From NCBI GenBank assembly GCA_951406725.2, contig OX597823.1:58218001-58282000 (forward strand): DNA of 64,000 nucleotides, read 5' to 3'. Both the position numbers and the translations under genes were made by a program. This document shows positions 1 through 12,202 of this stretch, piece by piece. Each line of letters starts with the position of its first letter. The stretch's first letter is position 1. Source of the stretch: Octopus vulgaris (Eukaryota). The notes below the pieces were generated by a model. The model ran no database searches. It saw nothing but the letters and a program-made list of their open reading frames with translations, and was not told the origin of the DNA.

Positions 1-158
1 AAGCGGACACCTTTTCTAAATTTTTTTTCAAAAGTTGATTTTCTAATGTAGCAAAATCATTTCAATGAGTTGCTGTGCTTTTATATATTTGTTACTCCAT
101 ATATCGGGCCTTCTGCCTAGAGTACATAAGAGTATTAATATGTCCTGGCAAATTTTTA

Positions 159-740
159 AAGGCGGTGAGCTGGCAGAAGCGTCAGCACGCCGGGGGAAAT
201 GCTTACCGGTATTTCGTCTACCTTTACGTTCTGAGTTCAAATTCCTCCGAGGTCGACTTTGCCTTTCATCCTTTCGGGGTCGATTAAATAAGTACCAGTT
301 ACGCACTGGGGTCGATATAATCGACTTAATCCGTTTGTCTGTTCTTGTTTGTCCCCTCTGTGTTTAGCCCCTTGTGGGTAATAAAGAAATAGGTATTTTG
401 TCTACCTTTACGTTCTGAGTTCAAATTCCGCCGAGGTCGACTTTGCCTTTCATCCTTTCGGGGTCGATTAAATAAGTACCAGTTACGCACTGGGGGCGAT
501 ATAATCGACTTAACCCGTTTGTCTGTTCTTGTTTGCCCTCTCTGTGCTTAGCCCCTTGTAGGTAGTAAAGAAATAGGTATTTCATTTGTCTTTACGTTCT
601 GAGTTCAAATTCCGCCGAGGTCGGCTTTGCCTTTCATTCTTTCGAGGTCGATAAATTAAGTAGCAGTTGCGTACTGGGATCGATCTAATCGACTAGCCCC
701 TTCCCCCAAAATTTCGTGCCTTGAGCTAGAATAGGAAAGA
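159..740 (+). mobile_element. tRNA-type SINE family B: one full copy plus two 5'-truncated tandem copies
   Basis: Head GGCGGTGAGCTGGCAGAA, B-box-like GAGTTCAAATTCC and central GCCTTTCATCCTTTCGGGGTCGAT. The body repeats at about 159-393, 394-578 and 579-740, and the family recurs more than 12 times in the window. Confidence 0.85.
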
Positions 741-777
741 TTATTTGTTACTGCCTGTATGGAGGTTTTGTTTGCAG

Positions 778-862
778 TGGCTTGTGAAGGCGCATGGCTT
801 GTGAAGGCGCATGGCTTGTGAAGGCGCATGGCTTGTGAAGGCGCATGGCTTGTGAAGGTGCA
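778..862 (+). repeat. Five tandem 17-bp copies (TGGCTTGTGAAGGCGCA) of a SINE 5' head
   Basis: Directly visible. The last unit runs into TGGCTTAGTGG (A-box-like) of the downstream SINE. Confidence 0.9.
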
Positions 863-1180
863 TGGCTTAGTGGTCACGGTATACGGCTCGCGATCGTAAG
901 GTCGTGAGTTCGATTGCCGACTGCGCGTTGTGTCCTCAAGCAACACGCTTTATTTCACGTTGTTTCAGTCCATTCATCCAGCATAAAATAAAAGAGTTAT
1001 ACACGTATTTCAAAGGGCCAAGCTTATCCCATCCTGTGTCATGCTAAACCTTCCTGAGATCTACGTGGATGGTACGCGTATCTGTAGATTGCTGATCTGT
1101 TTGCACTTTAATTTTACAAGCAGGCTGTTCCGTTTTGTCAGATCAACTGGAATTCTCGTCGTCATAGCCGACGGAATAGC
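851..1180 (+). mobile_element. tRNA-type SINE family C
   Basis: A-box-like TGGCTTAGTGG and B-box-like GAGTTCGATT. Collinear with a diverged copy at about 32790-33120. Confidence 0.7.
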
Positions 1181-1334
1181 GGGGTTTTTTTTTTTGTGGT
1201 TTAACCGCAAATCAGTTTTAATCAAGAAATTTATGGTCAAAGCCGTTCCACATGTAGTGTATCATTCGATATGTAAGACTTTCTGTAAGGATATGGTTAA
1301 GTGTAGACTTGGCTGCTATTTCTAGAAGGTCGAG

Positions 1335-1740
1335 TAGTTGTTGTTGTTAGTATCCTTTTGTCTCTGGAGACAATGGAATTGCGCATAAACTAATCCAGTC
1401 TGATTTTTACATTTCGTGTCCTCTCCAGTTTCGCGCCAGCCTGGGCTATATGTAAGAAAATCCTGGGTAGCCCAATCGTCAGCATTCCTCTCTCGACCTT
1501 GCTGACATAGTCCAAAGGGGTGCAAAGCATTACGTTTGGCACCAGCATGGTTGCAGGAGCTGCCGGAAGAGTGTCGAGTCGAACACTAAACCGCCTTCGG
1601 GGCTCCACTCCGGATTTCTTTGAAAGTTGTCGCCTTTCCGTAACCCTGGATAGGGGCCCATACCGGGTACTATCAGCCGGAGCCAGCTAATCCCGGGACT
1701 CATGTCAGGCAGGGTCGTCACTCCCTGAAGTAGTGAAGAA
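1335..1740 (-). mobile_element. Short non-autonomous RTE-related retroposon with a (CAA)n 3' tail
   Basis: GC-rich island. The minus strand has AAATCCGGAGTGGAG...CTTCCGGCAGCTCCTGCAACCATGCTGGTGCCAAACGT, which I recall as an RTE 5'-UTR-type motif, and ends ...GAGACAAAAGGATACTAACAACAACAAC. Confidence 0.55.
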
Positions 1741-2623
1741 AATCGCTTCCCACTACCTACAGAAGGTCAAGTAAATACATATAAACTTCCTTCTTTACTC
1801 ATGTGCAGCGCTTATTTTACTTTAGCGAAGCAGTTTGCTGCTGTTTTAGTAGTTATTGTGTAAACTCATTTCTATTTCAATGGCTTCTGAAATGGAACAT
1901 AAATAGATTATCAATAAAGTCTGTGAGAGTTTGACGAATATTCTTAGTAATACTTTTACCGTAATTATTTCCTTATTTAACGTCCCGTTTCTATAGAAAC
2001 TTATGATATTTTGGTACATACAGCTGCCATTTTGGAATAAAATTAGAACTATTATCTATTTTTGAAATATTTCTTTCATGGAACGTTGATGTATTAGACC
2101 AAGTGGTAAGTTTGTGTAGCAGAGACAGAGATGTGACATCAAGTATTACATGAAATTAGCGTAGTTCAATTGTGTTGGAAATGATCTCCCTGTATTGTGA
2201 AGTGTATATGTATATGCATGTGTGTATTTATGAGTGCGAGTAATTTTGTGTGTATGCGTATTTGTGTGTATGCATTGGCATGTCTATTTACGCTGCCTCC
2301 CTCACAATATTGTGGTAGTAATCTATAACATTTATGCTGTTCGTATAAAAACACGCGAGGCACGGGGACAAACTTACATTTTGTATTTTAACGGTTAGAG
2401 AAACAACTCTGAGTGAGTCATTCTGATAGCGACAACGGAATAACTATATGAAATCTTTCAGTGGTTTAAATGCGAAAGTCTCAGATATCTAAGTTGTGAA
2501 AAAGCGTCAGTAGAAGAACACGCAGGACTCATGACCTGCATGCGGTCTGCTCCCCGCTCATTCTTAGACAGTAAGAAGTTGAGGGCCAAAACTTTTGCAT
2601 AATGGAGGGTTTTTCTCTCTGAA

Positions 2624-2697
<74 letters not shown>

Positions 2698-2701
<4 letters not shown>

Positions 2702-2812
2702 CGCAGGCGTGGCACCTTAGGCAAGTGCCTTCTACTATAGCCTCAGGCCGACTAAAGCCTTGTGAGTGGATATTGAAAGAAGTCCGTCGTATACATATAT
2801 ATATATATATAT
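2698..2812 (+). mobile_element. SINE family A 5' half with an internal deletion
   Basis: GGCGCAGGCGTGGCACCTTAGGCAAGTG...GCCTTGTGAGTGGAT...GTCGTATA matches the other family A copies. Confidence 0.75.
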
Positions 2813-3227
2813 ATCCCTTTTTCCATATGAACCATTTTGATTTGTATTTTGCCTTACTGCACCGTCATAACCATACAATTTTGGGAAAAAAAGATCCTAC
2901 TATATTTTTATAATTAAATATTATTAGCATTTGTATAAAAACAGATTGTTAAAATATTTTGGGTATAGTAGAAATATAACCAATTTATTGCACATAAACT
3001 TTAACAAAATCTTACATGGACCTCCAAGCGTCATGTGAACCTCAATTGAGGTCCACTATATTACCGATTAAGTGCCCATTCAGAAGTCTTATCCCGTTAA
3101 CTTGAAGTAAAATAAGGGGTGTTACCTTAGTTCATTGGTAGTGAACAGCTCACACTGTAATAGATCTCCAACGTTAGAAGCTGTGCAGACAACAACAACA
3201 ACAACAACAACAATAATAATAATAATG

Positions 3228-3279
<52 letters not shown>

Positions 3280-3481
3280 GATGTGAAAACAACATCCAAC
3301 CATGAATTTATTTATTTATTAATTTTTTAATACATATTTTATCTGTGAATTTGCGTGTGTAATCTGGGAATGCATACAATGAGCTTCTCTGCCCTAGGTG
3401 TATGGAAAACACTCGGCAAGAAACGAAAGGAAATTTGAAGAAAGAAGGAAAAAACATAATGATAATAATAATAAAAATAAA

Positions 3482-3581
<100 letters not shown>

Positions 3582-4158
3582 TGCCCTGATGCAGTACCAG
3601 GCAGTGCCCTGATGCAGTACCAGGCAGTGGCTCTCATGGCTTCTGATCTTAATTGATTGGAAGTGTTATCATGTACATTGTTTTGTCTTGGTATAAAAGA
3701 TGGGTTACAGCAAATATTCTGCTCAATACCACAGATTTGCTTGTCAGTTGTTTGACCTTAACCAGTTGAGCATGTCCCTTAGTGGCTGACGATATGTGCA
3801 TCTCTGATCACGAGCAGAAGTAGTGGGGGAGCATCACAGCCATGTGTTGAGAGGGATTCTTTGGGGTTTGAATAATTCACCTCTGGAAAAATGGGTGTTT
3901 TGTTCAACATCCTTAAACAACCTTTATTCAAGGACCTTTTGAGCGGGATGGGTTACTCAACCAGAGGAAAATTCTAACTAGGCCCCACCTGCAAGGTCAT
4001 GTGCTGTTTATCTTGATATGAGATCAGTATGTTGCACACATATGGTTGTGATGCATGTGCCTAGTGTACCTTATCAGACAGGTAGTTATGATGGGTGCAC
4101 TGGATTTCGTATATTTTAACCCAGTCTTACTTTGATGGCATGCACTGCTCTCTCACTC
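3582..4158. mobile_element. About 580-bp non-coding dispersed repeat inserted in (TAA)n
   Basis: Flanked on both sides by (TAA)n, with a 23-bp terminal duplication at 3582-3627. A diverged partial copy lies at about 46568-46700. Confidence 0.65.
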
Positions 4159-4284
<126 letters not shown>

Positions 4285-4395
4285 AAGAGGAAGAATACGC
4301 ATGATGTTTACTATGTTTCTAATATTTATATCATTAATCTTAAACGTATATATATACACTTACGTGCATACATACATATATACGTACATACATTA

Positions 4396-4429
<34 letters not shown>

Positions 4430-4457
4430 ATGCATTTTTACACATTCACACGCGCAC

Positions 4458-4500
<43 letters not shown>

Positions 4501-4603
4501 TTTATATATATATACATATATATTTATATATATATATATATGGTAACACATATGTTTATATATATATATGTGTGTGCGTTTATCCAAATACACACACAAA
4601 CGC

Positions 4604-4652
<49 letters not shown>

Positions 4653-4964
4653 TGTGTGTGTGTGTGTGTGTGTGTAATGTATATACATATATTGCATTTT
4701 AAGAAATGTTTATAATTCGTAGCCTCCAAGTATAACTTTAATCCCAAGTTTCTGACGCTCTTTGCTGTCGGTAAAATAGACCTAAAGAGATTAGAATCCA
4801 TAAACATTTCAACTTAATAGCCACACTCCGTGCTTAACGTATTCAGTCTCACGGCTTTATATAACCTAGTTTAATTCCTCTCTCTTCTCTTTGTCTTCCG
4901 GCTGAAGAAGATTATGGTTGTGTTTTGTATACAGCCAGCTACCGGAAACACGGTAGCGCCATGC

Positions 4965-5041
<77 letters not shown>

Positions 5042-5469
5042 TTGTGTTGTTTCAAGTTTAGCCAGTCAGTATAACACAGTGACTTTATATTGCTATGAGC
5101 TTCCTCCTAAGATCATCTCCAGACTTGTAGAGGACAATGTGTAATTGTTACATTTTAAAGTATGTATTTATATGTATACATATATCAAATTAGGTGTATA
5201 TATGTCTATGTCAATCATACACACACATACGCACTCATGCATACGTATATATATATATATATATAATATATAGGTATTTATATACATATACATACATATA
5301 TAAATATATATACATATATATACACTCACACACATATATATGCACGAATAATACGCACACACACATTCATAAAAACCAATATATTCTTCATTCTTCAGCT
5401 CAGTTATTAGTCATTTGACTGTGACCATGCTGGAGCACAGTCTACCATATCTAATCCAGGTCTAAACCG

Positions 5470-5500
<31 letters not shown>

Positions 5501-5607
5501 TCTCTCTAAATATAATATATTATATTATATCATGTAGACAAATCCTCCGTGTGACGGAGGAAATGCTTTCCCTAGAAATCTTAAAAAGCTCCTTCCTGAT
5601 ACATATT

Positions 5608-5835
5608 AACTCATAAGGGCCGTTTTCCCGGATTTTGCGATGTATAAACTTCCCACCTGGATAGGACGCCAGTCTGTCGCAGTATTACTCATTTTTGCCA
5701 GCTGAGTGGAATGGATCAGCGTGAAATGAAGTGTTTTGTTCAAGAACATAGCGCATCACCCAGAATCAGGAATCGAAACTGCAATCTTACAATCATGAGT
5801 CCCAAACCCAAACAACCAAGTCACGCGCCATCACA
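5608..5835 (-). mobile_element. SINE family D, degenerate copy
   Basis: CTCATAAGGGCCG...CCCACCTGGATAGGACGCCAGTC matches the better-preserved copy at 49235-49515. Confidence 0.65.
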
Positions 5836-6180
5836 CCGAAGAACTCAATGTAATGCAAAATCCTATTTCGTGAAGTCAAGTTTACCCTGTGGTAAGAAGC
5901 TTGCTGCCCAACGACATGTTTCGTTTTATTTTCAACTGGAGTTACTGCACTTTCTCATACTATTCTTAATATCGTTGTTGGTTATTCAGGAGTTGTTTTG
6001 TTGGTATTGATATTGGCGGTGGTTGCATTTGCATTTGTTTTCGTGTTCATGATTGTTGTGCTAGTGTTGATGGATAGTGAAGGTAGTAGAAGTTGTTCTC
6101 TCTTTCAGTCCCTCTCTCTCTCTCTCTCTCTATATACAGAGAGAGAGAGAGAGAGAGTGAGGAGAGTAAATATATATATA

Positions 6181-6228
<48 letters not shown>

Positions 6229-6314
6229 CCAAACAGAGACACAAAGAGAAAACACAACAACGCGAGGACGTGGAAATATATATATATTACTCAGGAAGGA
6301 AGAGAAGAAGGAGG

Positions 6315-6349
6315 GTTTTAAGTTTCGAGCGGAGTTCTTCGTCAGAAAC
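6315..6349 (-). ncRNA. Decayed minimal hammerhead ribozyme motif
   Basis: The minus strand reads GTTT-CTGACGA-AGAACTCCGCTC-GAAA-CTTA-AAAC. Both core boxes and helix I are present; helices II and III are damaged. Confidence 0.5.
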
Positions 6350-6418
6350 ATAGGAAAAAGAAAGATCCAGAGAAGGGAAGACGGAGGAAAAAAATGACAA
6401 CGGTACACACGCGGTCAA

Positions 6419-6468
<50 letters not shown>

Positions 6469-6469
<1 letters not shown>

Positions 6470-6868
6470 AGGTTTGTATATGATTTGTTGTGTTAAGTAC
6501 TGGTTATCACAAAAGTATTAAAATACAGTTGTACATTCTTTGATAATGATAAGAAAATGTCAAAAACAACCTCCCACACTGTCCCTTAAAATAGCAAACA
6601 TTCCTTAGCTGCACACAAGATAGAAAATGTCAGACAGACAGGTCATTTATTCCTTTCCAATCTTTTGTAAATTCTGAAATATATCTAAACAAACATGATT
6701 TTTATTGAACTAAAATTACTTATTGTAGTCCCGTTCTCGAATATTTTCTTAAATACTTTCTTGTAAACTGCTTTTAACATTTTCTTATCATTATCAAAGA
6801 ATGTATAACTGTATTTTAATACTTTTGTGACAACCAGTAATTAGCACAGCAAATCATATACAAACCTT
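6469..6868. repeat. Inverted repeat with about 100-bp arms and a 200-bp spacer
   Basis: AAGGTTTGTATATGATTTG...GATAAGAAAATG (6469-~6565) is the reverse complement of ~6770-6868. Confidence 0.9.
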
Positions 6869-6876
6869 TACATTTT

Positions 6877-6918
6877 ACTTTTGACAATCTCTTTCTAAAA
6901 TAGGGAAACCGGTCAAGT
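6877..6918 (+). ncRNA. Decayed hammerhead motif abutting the inverted repeat
   Basis: ACTT-TTGACAA-...-GAAA-CCGG-TC-AAGT followed by AATAAA (6920-6925). The first box deviates from CUGANGA at two positions. Confidence 0.5.
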
Positions 6919-7013
6919 CAATAAACATCTCTAAAAGTCAGTTGCATTTTCAAACCTTCTTTCATATATATTTTCACTCGTGTGTTACCTTACAACTTTA
7001 CTTTACTTTGTTT

Positions 7014-7099
<86 letters not shown>

Positions 7100-7261
7100 T
7101 GTGTGTATGTGTATGTATATATATATATGTATATATGTGTGTGTATATATATATATATGGTGGGGTGAAGTGCGTAGCCAGACGGACAGATAAAAAGACT
7201 GACTAATGTATAGATAGACAAACATACATACATACATACACACAGACAGGCACACACACAC

Positions 7262-7359
<98 letters not shown>

Positions 7360-7779
7360 ACAAACAGATGCACGTATATACATTTATAAGTGACTAATAT
7401 ATTCAGAACAAATACAATATTGCTAAGCATTTAAAAGAAAATATTCTTACAATAAATATCGTTTAGAATAATACGATGGCATGGCTAGACGGTCGTATTT
7501 CACCTGATATTCTGTTATAATTAATTTCTTCCATTCTCTTATTCGTGGTTCCTTTTTTTATGAGCTATTAATATGGCATTTGTGATATCGAAATATCAGC
7601 TGTTGACTATTGATATTCATATAAATTGTATATTTTATTCTTATTGCCTTATTTTGTTGTCTTGAATGTTTAACAGTTCTTATAATTGTTTCGTTTACGT
7701 TGAAACTCAGTGAACCGGTGATTGGGCTATATTGGTAGAGAGAAGAGGAGAGTTATATGAAATTATCATGTGAGGATTT

Positions 7780-7990
7780 AGACGCGGACGTGGTTGTGTG
7801 GTAAGAAGCTAGTTTCCCATCCATATGTTTTCGGGTTCGTTCTCAAGACAAGGCCACTTGATTAAATGTTTACTACTATAACTTACGACAGTCTTGTGTG
7901 TGACTAGATTTGGTAAACGGAAACTGAAAGAAACTTATCAGATGTATGTATGCATGCATGCATGTATATATGTGTTTGTATGTGTGTGTG
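7780..7990 (+). mobile_element. SINE family A 5' half (old copy)
   Basis: GTGGTTGTGTGGTAAGAAGC...GATTTGGTAAACGGAAACTGAAAGAA followed by microsatellite. Confidence 0.7.
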
Positions 7991-8230
7991 TAATTGAAAA
8001 CCTAGAGAAGAGTGGAGATTTATTTACATCCAAAACTTTTTTATTCAGCAAGTTTTCTACATCGTATATAACGACGACTACCATAATTCAGCATCTCTTT
8101 TATACACTTATATATATAATTAATAAATCTTATGGTAGCAAAAAAAAGTTTAGAAAAATTCTTTGCTACCAGTGGTCTAGCGAGAAGGAAAAATTAGTCA
8201 ATAGACTATATATTATTCATAGAAAAATAC

Positions 8231-8458
8231 AGTGTACATTTAAACATATAAGAGATGACCATAATAGGACATCTGACTCGCTAGAAAGAGCAGTTAAACT
8301 CCAAACCACTAATAGTTGTAATTCTGAAAAGGAATGTAACGTTTTTATTTCTCATTCCCTTTCAGAATTACAACTATTAGTGGTTTGGAGTTTAACTGCT
8401 CTTTCTAGTGAGTTAGATGTCCTATTATGGTCATCTCTTATGTGTTTAAATGTACACT
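8231..8458. repeat. Near-perfect palindrome with about 105-bp arms and a 16-bp spacer
   Basis: AGTGTACATTTAAAC...CTGAAAAGGAATG / CATTCCCTTTCAG...GTTTAAATGTACACT. Confidence 0.95.
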
Positions 8459-8494
8459 TTATTCATATATATATATATATAAAACTTAGATGAA

Positions 8495-9890
8495 AGATTG
8501 GTTTAGGCCATGTCTAACTTAATAGCACCACCTGATAGGATTATCTAAATCCTGTTTAAGTCAAGTTTTGTTTATGGTCCATTCAAGTAGGGAATTCTTG
8601 TTGAGTTAGTTGCATCCAGGTATGGGTGGCTTATCCAGTATTCCTTGAAGAAATCTGTCCAGATTCCGTTTAAAGTTGATGGGATCCTTTTCCTCTTTGA
8701 TCTCTTTCGGGACAATGATAAACAGGGCAGGGCCTGTTGAAGAAAAGAAATTATGTTACAGTACCTATATGTACCTATATGCTGTGATCCTGAATTGGGC
8801 AGGGGACTTATGGCCCATGGTCCCAGCCTTGAATGAACCTTGAAATTAATGTGTAGGTCGTTTGGGCAAAGTTGGCGGTATATTCTCCATATTGTTCAAA
8901 TGATATACCGCCCGCAGCGGCGCTGGAGAGAGTAGAGTTTCAAGGCTTTAAGGCGGTCCCAATAATTGAGAGCAGTCATGCCTTCAATTCGTTTAGTGAA
9001 TGCGCTCTGGGGTAATTCAATGCTCGAGATGCTTTGTCTTGTATGGGGAGATCACAGTGGACAGCAATATTCTAGTTGTGGCCGTACAAAGGAGGAGAAA
9101 AGTGGTATGATGATACCTTGTTCTCTGGACCGGAAGGTTCTTAAGATCCAGGAGCTCATCCTACGAGTTATATCGACCTTATTGTTGATGTGGGCACTCC
9201 AACTGAGATTGTCATCAACAAATACGCCCAGGTCTCTGATATTGTTAGAGGCTGTGAGCGGTTACCCTGAAAGATGAGAGTATGGCTGTTTTAGTGTGGA
9301 CTTTCTTCCAAAATGCATCAGCTCAAATTTTCCCTCGTTCAGCTGCATTTTGTTTTTGTCTGCCCATTGACTCACAACATATAGATCAAACTGGAGTTGA
9401 GTTCGGTCTGCTTCTTTATTGATGATTTGCTGGAACTTAGTGCCATCAGCAAATATTTTCACTTTGCAGTGATGTACGACACTGGAAAGGTCATTTATAT
9501 AAATTATAAAGAGGAGCGGGCCCAAGACAGTCCCCCGGGGACACTGCTGGTGACTTTTGCTGGGTTTGAGAGGACTCCATCGACTACAACATGTTGTGTT
9601 CTATTCGCCAGGAAATACTTAATCCAGTGTAGAACTTTTCCACGGATTCCAACATTTGCCAATTTTGAGAGTAGAATATTATGGTCAACCCTGTCGAACG
9701 CTTTACTGAAGGCAAGATATATGACATCAGAGTTCGAACCTGTCCCCAAGGCTTTAAGAATATCTTCAATGTGGTCTAAGAGCTGTGTTAGAGAGTCCCT
9801 GCCACAGCGAAAACCATGCTGATTTGCATTTTGGAGTTTGTGGGTCTCCAGGAAGTCAGCTATCCTTGATCTTAACACTCTTTCAGACAC
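8495..9890 (-). mobile_element. 5'-truncated CR1/L2-group LINE: frameshifted reverse transcriptase, C-terminus and 3' UTR
   Basis: ORFs 9504-9890 and 9262-9525 give NQHGFR, DVIYLAFSKAFDRVDH, SSVPGG, GPLLFIIYINDL and KIFADG (decayed FADD), all non-LTR RT motifs. Confidence 0.92.
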
Positions 9891-9899
9891 TTTAACGAT

Positions 9900-10150
9900 A
9901 TATTATATATATATATATGTGTGTGTATATGTGTTTGTGTGTGTGTGTGTGTATATGCATGTGTATATATGTGTATGTATATATTGTGTGCGTTTGTCTT
10001 TTTGTATATTTGCCTGCCACGACTTGCCAACTGGTGTTTGCTTGTTACGAGTATCAGTCTTTGAAATAATAGTTGGAATCGGTTTGTTAGACGAAGTTTT
10101 TCAAAGTGGTGCCCCATTATGGCCGAAGTCCAATGACTGAAACAAGAAAA
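9900..10150 (+). mobile_element. SINE family A 3' half (old copy)
   Basis: Microsatellite followed by ...GGTGCCCCATTATGGCCGAAGTCCAATGACTGAAACAAG, the family A tail. Confidence 0.65.
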
Positions 10151-10790
10151 ACCTAAAGATCGCAACAGCATATGATGGAACGTTGAGAAAGAGAAAGAGG
10201 ACAGAAAGAAAGACGCCTCTCTTTACACAAAACAATGTTGAAGAGGGGAAAAGGATCAGGTAACACTTTGGCAAAGTCTCTGCGAAAGATATAAAGAGAA
10301 AGAAGAATTATCATAACAGATATGTAAGTGCACACAGACCAAGTATCCTCCATCGTTGGAAGAATTTCTGAAAGAAAATTTTGGATATTTTATGCGAAGA
10401 AAGCTTCCTGGGAGGTAGGGGTTCACTGTAGATGAAAGCCATAAACTCGCCTGACATCGTATTATAATTAATTGTGTCTTTTACTCTCATCTGTGTTTTA
10501 CTTGTTGTTTTACGAGCTATGAATATGGCAGCTGAGTTTCCGAAATATCAGTTGTTAACAATATTTATATGAATTATCTCCCGTACTGGCTTTGTATACT
10601 TATTCCAGAACCATACACATACACATACACATACATCAACACATACATACAAGCATATAGACATGTGCTCAATGATTAAATGACAAGTGAATAATAATAA
10701 GAATAAATAACTAAATTATTAATCATTATATGAGATACAGTACTGAAATTTCGCGTACCACCCAATTAAATAAACGCAATAATAGTAAGA

Positions 10791-10863
<73 letters not shown>

Positions 10864-10881
10864 TCACTCAGCGAGAGATAT

Positions 10882-11223
<342 letters not shown>

Positions 11224-12202
11224 AGCGCGTGTATGTTGAAAAAAGTACTGAAAAAAGTGGTATATACAATTTCAATTTCAAAGAGACAAGCGATGTTGCA
11301 CTGCGAATAAATCAAGGATTTATTCGCAAGCAAAGCGACTGATACATTTATGCGGAATCTCTAATAACCACCGATATGAAAAAAATCACATCACAGGAGA
11401 AGTTACACTCTAGGAATAGGAATAGTAAAGGAAACATTTTGTGGTACAACCCGGTATTTAATCATCTAGCAGTCAGAACTAACATAGCTGTGTAATTTGT
11501 TTAGTTTAATTGTTTCATTAGTTAAATCAAATGTCATAATGCTATAAAGCCGAATGAGAAAATGAAGCAAACATCTAGCCAACATTAATAATTATGTTTC
11601 TATAGAATTTGTGAGAACTGACCACCATCTGCTAACTGTTTGACAAAGTCGATAAATATAAAGCGCTAATATAGCCACAAGCAACAGAAATGAACTGAAA
11701 GTATATACTGGGGCAACTAAACTAACGTTCAAAAAATCGATTTTATAAAAATGTGCAGCGGTTTTGATCTAATTTATACTGGTCTTGCTTGATGAAAGTG
11801 CACACGGATTGAGAATGACCGTCTTGGATTTAAATAAGCACAACTATAAACGAAACGTAGCTCCAAAGCAGAAGTACCAAGTGATCTTTGAATAAAATAT
11901 TAATAACCTAGAGTCAAGGCATGTTAGCACCTTGTACGCACGGAGTTTTAAACTTTTACGTAAATACCAAAATCCTTGAATTTCGCTCTGGTGTGAAATG
12001 AATAGTGTTGCTTTCTAAATCTTTAATTAATGTATGTATATGCATATATGTCTAAGAGTGTATGTGTATGTATATTAATGTATGTATATTAATGTGTATG
12101 TATATTAGTGTATGTATATATGTATAATTAATGTATGTATATGCGTATATGTCTAAGAGTGTATGTGAGTGTATATATACGTATGCATGAATATTGTATG
12201 GA

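Noticed and set aside
4898-4960. Hammerhead candidate CTGAAGA...GAAACACGGTA
   Set aside because: Helix I and the base of helix II do not pair, and an alternative hairpin GCTACCG/CGGTAGC sequesters GAAA. At best a relic.
7894-8493. 199-aa ORF
   Set aside because: It runs through a SINE, a microsatellite and a palindrome, with no recognisable domain.
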